Shown here piece by piece: positions 28,539 to 38,152 of a stretch of 64,000 nt of DNA (positions within the stretch are counted from its first letter, which is position 1; the number at the start of each line of letters is the position of its first letter). The stretch is from contig JAGVYE010000001.1 of the NCBI GenBank assembly GCA_018303445.1, positions 2,571-66,570 of the forward strand, given 5' to 3'. Under the pieces are notes generated by a model, which was given only the letters and a program-made list of their open reading frames with translations, was not told where the DNA came from and searched no databases. The position numbers were made by a program, and so were the translations under genes. This DNA comes from Candidatus Woesearchaeota archaeon. Lineage in GTDB: Archaea > Nanobdellota > Nanobdellia > Woesearchaeales > GW2011-AR9.

Positions 28539-29915
28539 ATGAGAACATTTGATTTAATTGTTATTGGTTCTGGTGGGGGGGCGAATCTTGTTTCTTTAGC
28601 GTATGAGTTAGGTTATACCGTAGCTTTAATAGAAGAGTGGAAGTTAGGAGGGACTTGTCTGAACCGTGGCTGTATTCCTTCGAAGATGCTGATCCATCCT
28701 GCAAATGTCTCGCGAATAATCCAAGAAGCGGAAAAGTTTTACATTAAAGCCTATCAAAAATCAATTAATTTCCCACAAATTCTTAAGCGGATTAATAAAA
28801 CGACGGACACGGAGTCAAATGATATTAAAGAATGGTATCAGGAAAAGAGAAAAGGATTGGCTTTTTATTCCGGCCATGCTCGTTTTATTTCGAATAGAAT
28901 AATAGAAGTGCAAGGTGAAAAGATAACTGCGGAAAAAATTGTTATTGCCACCGGAGCACGATCTTCCATTCCTCTTATTCCAGGATTAAAAGGAACGCCC
29001 TATCTCACAAGTATGGAAGCATTGCGGTCGCGGCTTTTACCAAAAAAACTTTTCGTTATCGGCGGGGGATACATTGCCTGCGAGCTTGGTCATGCCTATG
29101 GCGCTTTGGGATCGGAAGTTCATTTACTTGTTCGAGACAGGGCTTTATTGACACGGGAAGACGGAGAAATAAGTAAGAATTTTACAGAAGCCTTTTCAAG
29201 GAGATATCAAGTGCATTTTTGGACCGTGACGGAAAAAGTAGAGTACAAAAAGAAAAAGTTTACTCTTTATCTTAAAGATGCTGAAGGTAAAAAATCAAAG
29301 ATAAGTGGCGATGGATTACTGATGGCTACAGGTGTAATGCCGAATAGTGATAAATTAGGGTTAGAGAATACGAACATTTCTGTAAATGAAAAGGGCTTTA
29401 TTAAAGTAAATGAGTATTTAGAAACAGCAGTGCCGGGGGTATATTCTCTAGGTGATGTGGTGGGGAACTATATGTTCAGACATAGTGTGAATTTTGAAAG
29501 TCAGTTTTTATTTCAAGCTTTATTCGGTAAGCAACGAAAACCAATTCAATATCCTCCCATGCCCCATGCGGTGTTTACAAATCCGGAAGTAGGATCTGTA
29601 GGAATGACGGAAGAAGAGTTGCAGAAGAAGAATATCTCTTATGTGGTGGGGAAAAATGAATATCGAAAATCAGCCATGGGAGAAGCACGCTTAAGTTCAA
29701 AGGAAGAATTTGTTAAATTGTTATTTCACAAACAAACAAGAAAATTATTGGGAGCACATATCCTGGGAGAGGAAGCGTCAACGATGATTCATCAGTTAAT
29801 CTATGCGATGACGTTTGGCGCAACAGCTGAGGATTTATTAAAAATGATTTATATTCATCCGGCTTTGCCGGAGGTCATACAAAAGGCAGCGGAGAAGGCA
29901 AGCGATGGATTTTAG
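28539..29915 (+). CDS. Flavoprotein disulfide reductase (dihydrolipoamide dehydrogenase / glutathione-reductase class)
   Basis: 'LIVIGSGGGA' FAD motif and redox-active 'GGTCLNRGCIPSK'. 458 aa. Confidence 0.7.
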   Translation: MRTFDLIVIGSGGGANLVSLAYELGYTVALIEEWKLGGTCLNRGCIPSKMLIHPANVSRIIQEAEKFYIKAYQKSINFPQILKRINKTTDTESNDIKEWYQEKRKGLAFYSGHARFISNRIIEVQGEKITAEKIVIATGARSSIPLIPGLKGTPYLTSMEALRSRLLPKKLFVIGGGYIACELGHAYGALGSEVHLLVRDRALLTREDGEISKNFTEAFSRRYQVHFWTVTEKVEYKKKKFTLYLKDAEGKKSKISGDGLLMATGVMPNSDKLGLENTNISVNEKGFIKVNEYLETAVPGVYSLGDVVGNYMFRHSVNFESQFLFQALFGKQRKPIQYPPMPHAVFTNPEVGSVGMTEEELQKKNISYVVGKNEYRKSAMGEARLSSKEEFVKLLFHKQTRKLLGAHILGEEASTMIHQLIYAMTFGATAEDLLKMIYIHPALPEVIQKAAEKASDGF

Positions 29916-29976
29916 GAGAAAATTTTAATTCTTTTCCATAAATCTTTTAATATCCTTATCTTACTTTCTCTTTTCA

Positions 29977-31287
29977 TCATTTGCCTAACCAGGGAACATA
30001 GTTATTAAATCCATTGTTTGTTAGTCTTTTTCTATCCGTCCCGTCTGGATTAATGGTGAAAAGGTCTCTTGGTTCTTCTAATGTTGCTTGGCCTGTGTAA
30101 ACTATTCTTGAACCATTTAGTAAAAATCTTGGTCCTGAGCTTGTATCGACATTAACTCCATTTGAAATTGTAATACGATCCATTCTGTCTAAGTTTAGAT
30201 CATAAATAAATAAAGCACTGAGATATACGGATTCAGGTGGTACTCCTTCTGGAATATTTTCAGTTGTGGAACCACTTATTACTAATTTAGAACTGTCGGG
30301 AGACCATTCAAAGGCGTGTGGTTGATAAATCTCTCTATTTTTTGGGAGGTTTAATACTTTTCCTGAATCGCGATCATATATTGCCAAACCGAAATTTTCT
30401 GATATTTGGTCATAGATGTTTAATACTATTTTTGTTCCATCTGGAGACCAAGACAAGGCATGTAACATTGATCCTTCTAATCTTACTGTTCTTTTTTTTC
30501 CGCTTAAATCAGTAATAGTTAGAATAACGTTATTTATTCCACTGGCATAAGCAATTGTTTCTCCATCCGGTGACCAAGCAAAACTTTCATTGATCATTTC
30601 ACCACTCGTTATATTTTGTCTGTTTCCTGTTTCTACATTATATAATCTTAAATCTATGGAATCAATTTCTTCTCTTGTTTTTTTAAATGAGAGATATGCT
30701 AAGGTTTTTCCATTTGGTGCGAATTGCGGCAGTCCGCTTAAGCCTGACTCTATAGGGATTATTTCTCTTGTTCTTAAGTCTGTAAGCATTAAGTCTAGTT
30801 GTAAACAACCTTCACTATGTTCAGGAATGCATCCTTCTTTAAAATATTCATTGCCGTAGGCTAATAATCTATTCCCATTTGGCGAGAAATCTATACCTGC
30901 AGTTTCTCCTCTTCTTAAATCAGCAACTTCTCTTCGAAAACTTCCATCACTATTCATGATATTTAGTGCTGTTCTTTGGCTATCTCTCGTTAGATAAGCA
31001 ATCCCACACCCATCATTTGTTAGTCCAACAACTATGTTCATTGCTCCATCATTAACTAAGTCTTTCTCTTCAGAACCATCCGGTTTTATGCTTTTAATTC
31101 TTTGATCTTTTTCAAGAAGGTCAATTGATTGAGATTGAAAGATTATAATATCTCTTAAATCTGGTTTACATGAAAATACGGGAGTTTCTTGCCGTAGATC
31201 TGCTGCTGGAGATGATTCACAAGCCAATTTTAATAGTCCTAGTGAACCGGCAATTATGCTTTCTCTTCTAGTTAGTCTTAATGCCAT
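29977..31287 (-). CDS. Secreted TolB-like WD40/PD40 beta-propeller protein
   Basis: Repeated 'WSPDG' units: 'FAWSPDGETIAY', 'LSWSPDGTKIV', 'FEWSPDSSKLV'. Confidence 0.55.
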   Translation of the reverse strand: MALRLTRRESIIAGSLGLLKLACESSPAADLRQETPVFSCKPDLRDIIIFQSQSIDLLEKDQRIKSIKPDGSEEKDLVNDGAMNIVVGLTNDGCGIAYLTRDSQRTALNIMNSDGSFRREVADLRRGETAGIDFSPNGNRLLAYGNEYFKEGCIPEHSEGCLQLDLMLTDLRTREIIPIESGLSGLPQFAPNGKTLAYLSFKKTREEIDSIDLRLYNVETGNRQNITSGEMINESFAWSPDGETIAYASGINNVILTITDLSGKKRTVRLEGSMLHALSWSPDGTKIVLNIYDQISENFGLAIYDRDSGKVLNLPKNREIYQPHAFEWSPDSSKLVISGSTTENIPEGVPPESVYLSALFIYDLNLDRMDRITISNGVNVDTSSGPRFLLNGSRIVYTGQATLEEPRDLFTINPDGTDRKRLTNNGFNNYVPWLGK

Positions 31288-31392
31288 TTTATTCTATAAC
31301 TAAGCTTTCTTTATAAATATTTCTGAAATTGCCACTATGAAGTAATACCTTTCTTAAACCACAAAATCATGGAGATGAAGAAAAAAAAATAA

Positions 31393-32424
31393 TTACCTAT
31401 ACCTTCTCATCGTTTTCCATTCGATAATAGTTTTCATAATTCCAGGAATAAGACCGGTAAAGACAAAATCTCTATAAATAAAAATTCCATTGTATTTTCC
31501 TAAGCTAATAACCATTGGTTTCGGCTCTGGATTATACATTAGTAATGGTTCTCCTTGCTCTAAATGATAAATGTTTTTGACAACTAATCTCGCTTGTTTC
31601 TCAGCACTCTGGGCTGTTTTTTCTTCTTTAATATTATTTATATCGCCAGCGGCGAAGATATTTTTATGGCCTTGCACTTGGAGATATTCATTGACGCACA
31701 GAAAGTTCTTTGAATTTAATTCTATTGAGCAATATGAAGCCAGATGCTCATAGTTCGGCATGATACCGGTACATAGAAAGGCAATATCGGGATGGAGTTT
31801 TTTCCCTGTTCTAGTTTTATATACGCCGCTTTCATTTTCTATTATCCTTTCATTGAAGATAAGTTGTACCTTTCTTTTTTCCAACCATTGTTTTGCATAC
31901 CTCTGCGCTTTTTGTGGAGTTCGTTCCATTAATTCTGGCTTAGTATGAATAAGAGTAATTTCTTTCTCAGGATAATGAGTACTAATTTCCGCCGCTAATT
32001 CGACACCAACTATTCCTCCGCCAATAATAAGAACGTCTTGAGCATGCCTTAATTTTTGCGCATAAAGGCGAAGTTCCTGCCCTCTGCTTGCTACAACCCT
32101 GTTTGTTTCTTTAATGGGAGTTTCATAGCGTGATCCAGAGGCGATTATTAGATAGTCGTAGGAAAATTCTTGTTGGTTTGTGGACACGGAAGAATCTTTG
32201 ATTTTTATAATGGAGTCACGCACAATATGGGCTTTATGAAGATAGTGCGTATGCAGTACTTGGATTTTTTTCACATGCTGTGGTTCTACCAAGGTGCGAA
32301 GAATGGAAGGAGTAAATTCAAAATAATCTTTAGTGTCAATTAATGTTACATCAAAGTCTCTTTCTAAGTTCCTGGCTGCGACTGCTCCGGCAAACCCGCC
32401 CCCAATTATAACTACTTTTTTCAT
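31393..32424 (-). CDS. Type II NADH dehydrogenase / FAD-dependent pyridine nucleotide-disulfide oxidoreductase (NDH-2 or SQR-like)
   Basis: 'KVVIIGGGFAGAVAA' and a second Rossmann 'VLIIGGGIVGVELA'. Confidence 0.6.
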   Translation of the reverse strand: MKKVVIIGGGFAGAVAARNLERDFDVTLIDTKDYFEFTPSILRTLVEPQHVKKIQVLHTHYLHKAHIVRDSIIKIKDSSVSTNQQEFSYDYLIIASGSRYETPIKETNRVVASRGQELRLYAQKLRHAQDVLIIGGGIVGVELAAEISTHYPEKEITLIHTKPELMERTPQKAQRYAKQWLEKRKVQLIFNERIIENESGVYKTRTGKKLHPDIAFLCTGIMPNYEHLASYCSIELNSKNFLCVNEYLQVQGHKNIFAAGDINNIKEEKTAQSAEKQARLVVKNIYHLEQGEPLLMYNPEPKPMVISLGKYNGIFIYRDFVFTGLIPGIMKTIIEWKTMRRYR

Positions 32425-32483
32425 GATTATTTCATAAAAGGTTCTCTTTTTATGTCTTTTCCCAAAAAGAGGCTTACAGAAAA

Positions 32484-32756
32484 CTATCCTTCTTCTCCAC
32501 GCAGAATTCTGAGTGTTTTATCATAATCCTGTGCCGCATCTCTGTCAATGGTTCGGTAATAGGCATTCAAGCGCTGAAATTCACGTACTGCAATGCCAAA
32601 AGGAGCGTAATTAAGAATTTCATCAAGCTGTCGTTCAATAACTGTGGGGTCAATCTCTTCATTACTGATAAGGTTATCTACGGTTAACTGTATGCGTGGT
32701 ACTTGCCTTTGAGCAATTTTTCTCGCCCTTTCAATTGACCTAAAAATATCCGTCAT
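32484..32756 (-). CDS. Hypothetical protein
   Basis: 90-aa ORF. Confidence 0.3.
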   Translation of the reverse strand: MTDIFRSIERARKIAQRQVPRIQLTVDNLISNEEIDPTVIERQLDEILNYAPFGIAVREFQRLNAYYRTIDRDAAQDYDKTLRILRGEEG

Positions 32757-32918
32757 ACTTTTATCATTATTTTCTTTTTGGAGATAAAAGTATTTGACTA
32801 AAATTTTCTCAAAATGAGAGTTTCAATTATTCTTTTTAATTATTGGTGCAGATACTTTTTTATAGGAAGTTTCTTTTCTTGTTTCATAGAAAATATTCAA
32901 TATCAACATTTTTTGGCT

Positions 32919-33395
32919 ATGAAAGAAAAAAATCAAGCAATGATTTTGAAAGTAATGCTCGTTCTGGGAATACTCGGTCTTATAACGGCGGCATACCAAA
33001 CGGTTGAATATTACTTTCTGAGAAGCAGCTTCTGTGATTTTAGCCCTAATTTTTCCTGTTCCATCGTCACTCAATCCTCTTACGGAGAATTTCCCTTCCT
33101 CTCTGGGATAGCGGTGTCTCTTTATGCTGTTCTTTGGTGGCTGGTTCTTTTAGGCATCATTTCTTTAATGCTCTGGAAGAAAAAGGAATGGTTCTTGTAT
33201 CTTAAGGTCTGGATGATCTTAGGGATCATGAGCGCTCTTTATTTCCTTTTCGTCGAGCTCTATTTACTTCCCCAAGAAATTGGACTGATCGTGATTTGTC
33301 CTTTTTGCACAATACAACATCTGTTGATCGCAACTCTTTTGGTCATGGGATTTTTTTTCACAAGGAAAAATTTATTAATGACAGATTCTTCCTAG
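32919..33395 (+). CDS. Vitamin K epoxide reductase (VKOR) family protein, paralog 2 (start moved to internal Met)
   Basis: 'FCDFSPNFSCSIV' loop Cys pair and 'ICPFCTIQHL' CxxC. The ORF-track start at 32814 adds 35 implausible residues. Confidence 0.55.
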   Translation: MKEKNQAMILKVMLVLGILGLITAAYQTVEYYFLRSSFCDFSPNFSCSIVTQSSYGEFPFLSGIAVSLYAVLWWLVLLGIISLMLWKKKEWFLYLKVWMILGIMSALYFLFVELYLLPQEIGLIVICPFCTIQHLLIATLLVMGFFFTRKNLLMTDSS

Positions 33396-33414
33396 AAATT
33401 GAAGGTGAGTTTTT

Positions 33415-33507
33415 ATGGTTATGAAAGGCAAAAAGAAGTCAGCAAAAAAATCTAAAGCAGGGATGAAGAAAGGAGGCAAGGGAAAGAATACCTGCGAATT
33501 CTGTTAA
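33415..33507 (+). CDS. Unannotated small ORF: 30-aa Lys-rich peptide MVMKGKKKSAKKSKAGMKKGGKGKNTCEFC
   Basis: Shine-Dalgarno-like 'gaaGGTGAgtttttATG'. Intergenic between VKOR-2 and the transketolase genes. Confidence 0.25.
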   Translation: MVMKGKKKSAKKSKAGMKKGGKGKNTCEFC

Positions 33508-33593
33508 AATCTCTTTTCTTTTTCTTCTTCCACGCAACCTTTATTAAAGACGAGGTTTTACTTCTTTTGAAAAGAAGATGAGTTGAAAAGAGG

Positions 33594-34511
33594 ATGAGAA
33601 AACTTACTAAGATTGAGGACCTTAGAATGATGGCGGATATTATCAGAGAAGATAGTATTGTTTCCTTAAGTGCAGCTAAATCCGGCCATTCAGCCGGACC
33701 ATTAGGCATGGCTGATATCTTTACTGCTTTTTACTTTAATATTCTAAAGCACAATCCTGAAAAACCTAACTGGCCGGACAGGGACAGGTTAATTCTGTCT
33801 AATGGGCATATCTGTCCAGTGTTATATGCAACGATGGCTAATGCCGGCTATTTTCCCAAAAAAGAATTATTAACACTCCGCAAATTAGGCACGAGGTTAC
33901 AAGGACATCCACATCGCGTTGCTTTACCTGGACTGGAAACTACTTCTGGTCCGCTGGGGTCGGGATTATCGCAAGCTGCCGGGATGGCTTATGGTTTCAA
34001 ACTCGACAAGAAAAAAAATCTTGTCTGGTGCTTATGCAGCGATGGGGAACAAGATGAGGGCAACCACTGGGAAGCAGTATTATTTGCTGCCAAACATAAA
34101 CTGAACAATTTGGTTGCGGTCACGGACAGAAATTATATCCAAATTGATGGAAATACAGAACAGGTTATGCCTCTCGACCCCTTGGACCAGAAATATCGGG
34201 CTTTCAATTGGAATGTTCAAACAATAAACGGCAATGATATGCAGGAAATCTTAAAAGTATTAACTGCAGCTAGAATGAATAAAAACAAACCGTTGATGGT
34301 TATTGCTAACACTATGCCTGGTAAAGGAGTTTCCTACATGGAAGGGGATTACCGTTGGCATGGTTCCCCTCCTGGTACTATAACCACAGAAAGGACACCA
34401 GCCAAAGAAAAACAAACAGCAATTGCTTTAGAGCAGCTTCATCAAAAAGAAGCTAAGGAACGCGGAAACTGGTATCTTTACCATAAAAAATTACGCCCCC
34501 TGCATTCATGA
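33594..34511 (+). CDS. Transketolase, N-terminal (TPP-binding) subunit
   Basis: 'GHSAGPLGMADI' and 'TSGPLGSGLSQAAGMA'. Split form typical of archaea. Confidence 0.8.
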   Translation: MRKLTKIEDLRMMADIIREDSIVSLSAAKSGHSAGPLGMADIFTAFYFNILKHNPEKPNWPDRDRLILSNGHICPVLYATMANAGYFPKKELLTLRKLGTRLQGHPHRVALPGLETTSGPLGSGLSQAAGMAYGFKLDKKKNLVWCLCSDGEQDEGNHWEAVLFAAKHKLNNLVAVTDRNYIQIDGNTEQVMPLDPLDQKYRAFNWNVQTINGNDMQEILKVLTAARMNKNKPLMVIANTMPGKGVSYMEGDYRWHGSPPGTITTERTPAKEKQTAIALEQLHQKEAKERGNWYLYHKKLRPLHS

Positions 34512-35476
34512 AGAATCTCAATAAACAAATGAATTTGGACTTAACACGGGAGCGAGTTCCTACCAGAAATGGATACGGAGACGCACTGATGGAATTAGGC
34601 AAAAAAAATAAGAAAGTCATGGTTCTCTGCGCTGACTTGAAAGAATCGACGCGAGTTCAGGCTTTTGCTGAAAAATTTCCCCAGCGCTATGTTGAAATGG
34701 GGGTAGCGGAACAAAACCTTGTTACAGTTGCTTCGGGATTAGCTGACGTTGGTAAAATTCCCTTTGCTTCGTCTTATGCGGTCTTCTGCCCAGGAAGGTG
34801 CTGGGAGCAAATTAGAACCACGATTTGTTATAATGATCGCAATGTTAAAATTATCGGCGCCCATGCTGGCATTTCCGTTGGCCCTGATGGAGCTACTCAT
34901 CAAATGTTGGAAGATCTGGCCTTAATGCGGGCTTTGCCGAACATGATTGTAGTAGTACCTTGTGATTATGAGCAGGCCAAAAAAGCCACGGCGGCCATTG
35001 CGAAGTATAAAGGTCCCACCTATATGCGTTTTGCTCGTGAAAAAACAGAGCAGATCACAACAAGTAAAACTTCTTTTAAAATCGGAGTTGCCCAAATCTT
35101 TAAGGATGGTTCTGACGTGGCGCTGGTTGCCGCTGGCCCGTTGATTTATGAATGTCTGCTGGCAGCAGACAAATTAAATGAAAAGGGAATTAAAGCGATG
35201 GTTGTAAATTGTCATACCATTAAGCCTTTAGATGGCAGAACTTTACTTACTGTAGCCAGAAAATGTAAAAAAGTAATAACTGTTGAAGAAGCGCAAATTG
35301 CAGGAGGATTAGGTGGTGCGGTGGCGGAATTTTTATCCGAAGTTTATCCTGTGAAAATGAAACGAATTGGTGTTCGAGATCATTTTGGAGAATCAGGAGA
35401 ACCAGATGAATTATTAAAAAAATTTGGCTGTAGTGCAGAAGCTATTTATAAAGAAAGTCTTAAGTTGTGCACGTAG
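34508..35476 (+). CDS. Transketolase, C-terminal (pyrimidine-binding) subunit
   Basis: ATGA overlap with the N-terminal subunit gene. 'YVEMGVAEQNLVTVASGLA'. Confidence 0.8.
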   Translation: MKNLNKQMNLDLTRERVPTRNGYGDALMELGKKNKKVMVLCADLKESTRVQAFAEKFPQRYVEMGVAEQNLVTVASGLADVGKIPFASSYAVFCPGRCWEQIRTTICYNDRNVKIIGAHAGISVGPDGATHQMLEDLALMRALPNMIVVVPCDYEQAKKATAAIAKYKGPTYMRFAREKTEQITTSKTSFKIGVAQIFKDGSDVALVAAGPLIYECLLAADKLNEKGIKAMVVNCHTIKPLDGRTLLTVARKCKKVITVEEAQIAGGLGGAVAEFLSEVYPVKMKRIGVRDHFGESGEPDELLKKFGCSAEAIYKESLKLCT

Positions 35477-35495
35477 TTTCATTTTGTAAAAACTG

Positions 35496-35849
35496 TTGGT
35501 CATAACCTTTTTATATTCAAATGGTCTTTATTTCTACATCGTCAGACTCAACAAACATGATACTTATGTAAACGCTTTGTCTGAGGTTTTACAGTCACAG
35601 TATGATATTATTCTTACCAATGTTCCTCTTTATTCAAAGAGACATCGTTTAATTGCAGAAATTGACATTTTAGCATTATTAGGAAGAGAATATGATGTTT
35701 ATGAAGTAAAATGCAGTCATCGCATCACTAAAGCAAGAAAACAGTTATCTCGAATTCGAAAATTATTAACCTCAATACGGCATACATACTTCTATTGCGG
35801 GTCTTCCAATGAACTCGTTTTAGTCCGAAACTATGTTAAATCTCGTTAG
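35496..35849 (+). CDS. YraN/UPF0102-like PD-(D/E)xK endonuclease-fold protein (Hjc-related)
   Basis: 'RLIAEIDILALLGREYDVYEVKCSHR' matches the UPF0102 core 'GEIDLIA...vfVEVKtR'. Confidence 0.45.
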   Translation: MVITFLYSNGLYFYIVRLNKHDTYVNALSEVLQSQYDIILTNVPLYSKRHRLIAEIDILALLGREYDVYEVKCSHRITKARKQLSRIRKLLTSIRHTYFYCGSSNELVLVRNYVKSR

Positions 35850-35917
35850 TAAAAACTAGAAAATTTATTATCGAGAAGAAATAAGTTTATATTCTCGAAT
35901 TCGTTCTACTATTTTTT

Positions 35918-37012
35918 ATGGAAAGAGGTTATTCTTTAGCTGATCTTTTGATAAGAAGTACGCTTGGAGAGGATGGTATTCTGCGAGTTGAAAATTTAGA
36001 AGTAACCTCTGAAATGGCGGGGGTTGTTAAAAGACCTGAAAATTATCCTCAAGCTCAATTTCTGGGAACAGGAACTGTTTTTCCAGTAGTTAAAGACCCA
36101 ACACCATTCCAACTGTTTTCTGCATTGATTGATACCAGAGCCGTTTATGTTGATGACGTTTTGGTGGATGAAATTACTTATGCCAAAGAGCATAATAAAA
36201 TTATTTCTGTCACGCCTTCAGGGAGATGTGGTTATGAAACAACTGAGAATGGAGTTGTAATCAGAAAAGAATTTCCTACAGGATCGCCATTAGTAGTAAC
36301 GAGCGATTCTTTTCCTGTATCGCTTTTTGACGTATCAGGATTACGACCAGATACGGCTGAGTTATTGAGGTTAGATTTAGATTTTTATAAACAACTTCCC
36401 ATCTCCTCTGTAGGTTATCGCCGATTTCCCATGCGTGATAACCTCTGCTCTAATTTTTGGAATTATCATCCTGATACCTCCTCTGAGGCGGATGGCACGC
36501 AAGAGCGTTTATTAGTAAAAGCTAAGCGCGAGTTTGCACTCCCCCCGGAGGAACCTTCAGGTTTGTTTATTTGCGGGGAAAAAGGGGTAGGAAAAAGTCA
36601 CATCGCCATGGCTTTAGCTAAACGATGGTGGTATTTACATGGATTAAAGCCAAATTATCATTTTTCTAAAGATTCGGTACAAATAGATGATGTTAAAAAC
36701 CAAATTTCTGAAAGACAAATCTTTGTTCTTGATGATATCAAAACTTTAGAAAAAAACTCTTTTGAAAGGGCTTTCTTAGATATATTGTTAATCTTTGGTC
36801 AGGAAAAGGGAGGAATAAAAATATATTTGACAAGTAATACTAGTTCGGCAGAATTAAAGAGGCAATATCTTCATGATAGAGGAGAAAATAAAAGTAATAA
36901 AGGAGACGCCATGAGGTATGAAGATCGTTTTGAAGAAATTTTTGAATGTATTGATGTTAAAGGAAAAAGTTATAGGCTGAGGAGAAAAAGGGAACTTCTT
37001 CAGAAAGTATAA
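35918..37012 (+). CDS. IstB/DnaC-like AAA+ ATPase with uncharacterised ~210-aa N-terminal domain
   Basis: Walker A 'CGEKGVGKSHIAMALAKRW' (IstB/DnaC signature GxxGxGK[ST]HLAxA). Walker B 'IFVLDDIK'. Sensor-1 'LTSNTS'. Confidence 0.45.
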   Translation: MERGYSLADLLIRSTLGEDGILRVENLEVTSEMAGVVKRPENYPQAQFLGTGTVFPVVKDPTPFQLFSALIDTRAVYVDDVLVDEITYAKEHNKIISVTPSGRCGYETTENGVVIRKEFPTGSPLVVTSDSFPVSLFDVSGLRPDTAELLRLDLDFYKQLPISSVGYRRFPMRDNLCSNFWNYHPDTSSEADGTQERLLVKAKREFALPPEEPSGLFICGEKGVGKSHIAMALAKRWWYLHGLKPNYHFSKDSVQIDDVKNQISERQIFVLDDIKTLEKNSFERAFLDILLIFGQEKGGIKIYLTSNTSSAELKRQYLHDRGENKSNKGDAMRYEDRFEEIFECIDVKGKSYRLRRKRELLQKV

Positions 37013-37094
37013 GATTGTGGAGGGTATTCTTTTATCTTTACTTCTTTTTAAATAGTAACTAACATTTAAATAAAAGAAAGTTGATTACTTCCTC

Positions 37095-38075
37095 ATGTCG
37101 AAAAGCAAAGTTTTTGTGACGCGAAAAATCCCCGATTCCGGAATAAAAATACTGAAAGAGTGTTGCGATGTTCGCATTTATCCAAAGAATAAAGTTATTT
37201 CTCGAAAAGAACTAATCAAAGGAGTAAAGTGGTGTGATGCACTTTTGTGTTTACTTACCGACACCATTGATAAAGAAGTTATAAATGTCAACCATAAACT
37301 AAAAGTAATTTCTAACTATGCTGTGGGCTTTAATAATGTTGATGTAAAATACGCTACTTTGAAAGGTATTCCTGTCTGTAATACGCCTGGCGTTTTGACA
37401 GATGCCGTTGCAGAGCACACTTTTGCTTTAATGCTCGCGGTTACGAAGAGAATCGTGGAGGCTAATACTTTTACGAGAACAGGAAAGTATAAAGGCTGGG
37501 AACCAATGCTTTTTTTAGGAATGGAGTTAAAAGGGAAGACATTAGGAATAATTGGCCTGGGAAGAATCGGCAGCGGCGTGGCAGAGCGGGCAGGAAAAGG
37601 AATGGGGATGAAGATTTTATATTACGATGTACAACGTAACGAGAATTTTGAAAAAGAGTTTAACGCACAATACGCTTCTTTAGAAAAAATTTTGCGAAAT
37701 GCAGATATTGTAACTGTCCATGTTCCTCTTCTGCCGACAACACAGCATTTAATGGGGGAGAAACAATTCAAGATGATGAAAAGGACAGCCTATCTTATTA
37801 ATACTTCCCGTGGAGAGATTGTTGACGAGAGAGCCTTGGTGCGAGCATTGAAGAGGAAACAAATTGCAGGCGCGGCGTTAGACGTCTATGAACATGAACC
37901 AAAACTGGCACAGGGGTTAACAAAGATGAAAAATGTCGTGTTAACACCACATACGGCATCGGCAACGGTGGAAGCGCGATCCGCGATGTCGGAACTTGCG
38001 GCAAGAAATATTTTGGATGTATTGGCGGGAAAAAGGCCGGAGGCGATCGTTAATCCGGAAGTGTGGGGCAGGTAA
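37095..38075 (+). CDS. D-isomer-specific 2-hydroxyacid dehydrogenase (glyoxylate reductase / PGDH family)
   Basis: 'LGIIGLGRIGSGVAERA' NAD-binding and catalytic 'TSRGEIVDE ... DVYEHEP'. Confidence 0.75.
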   Translation: MSKSKVFVTRKIPDSGIKILKECCDVRIYPKNKVISRKELIKGVKWCDALLCLLTDTIDKEVINVNHKLKVISNYAVGFNNVDVKYATLKGIPVCNTPGVLTDAVAEHTFALMLAVTKRIVEANTFTRTGKYKGWEPMLFLGMELKGKTLGIIGLGRIGSGVAERAGKGMGMKILYYDVQRNENFEKEFNAQYASLEKILRNADIVTVHVPLLPTTQHLMGEKQFKMMKRTAYLINTSRGEIVDERALVRALKRKQIAGAALDVYEHEPKLAQGLTKMKNVVLTPHTASATVEARSAMSELAARNILDVLAGKRPEAIVNPEVWGR

Positions 38076-38152
38076 AGATTTTTTCCTTATTCGATCTTTT
38101 GAAGCTAAAATAACGAAACCTTCATAAAAACAGCTAATTCTTACGCTTTATT

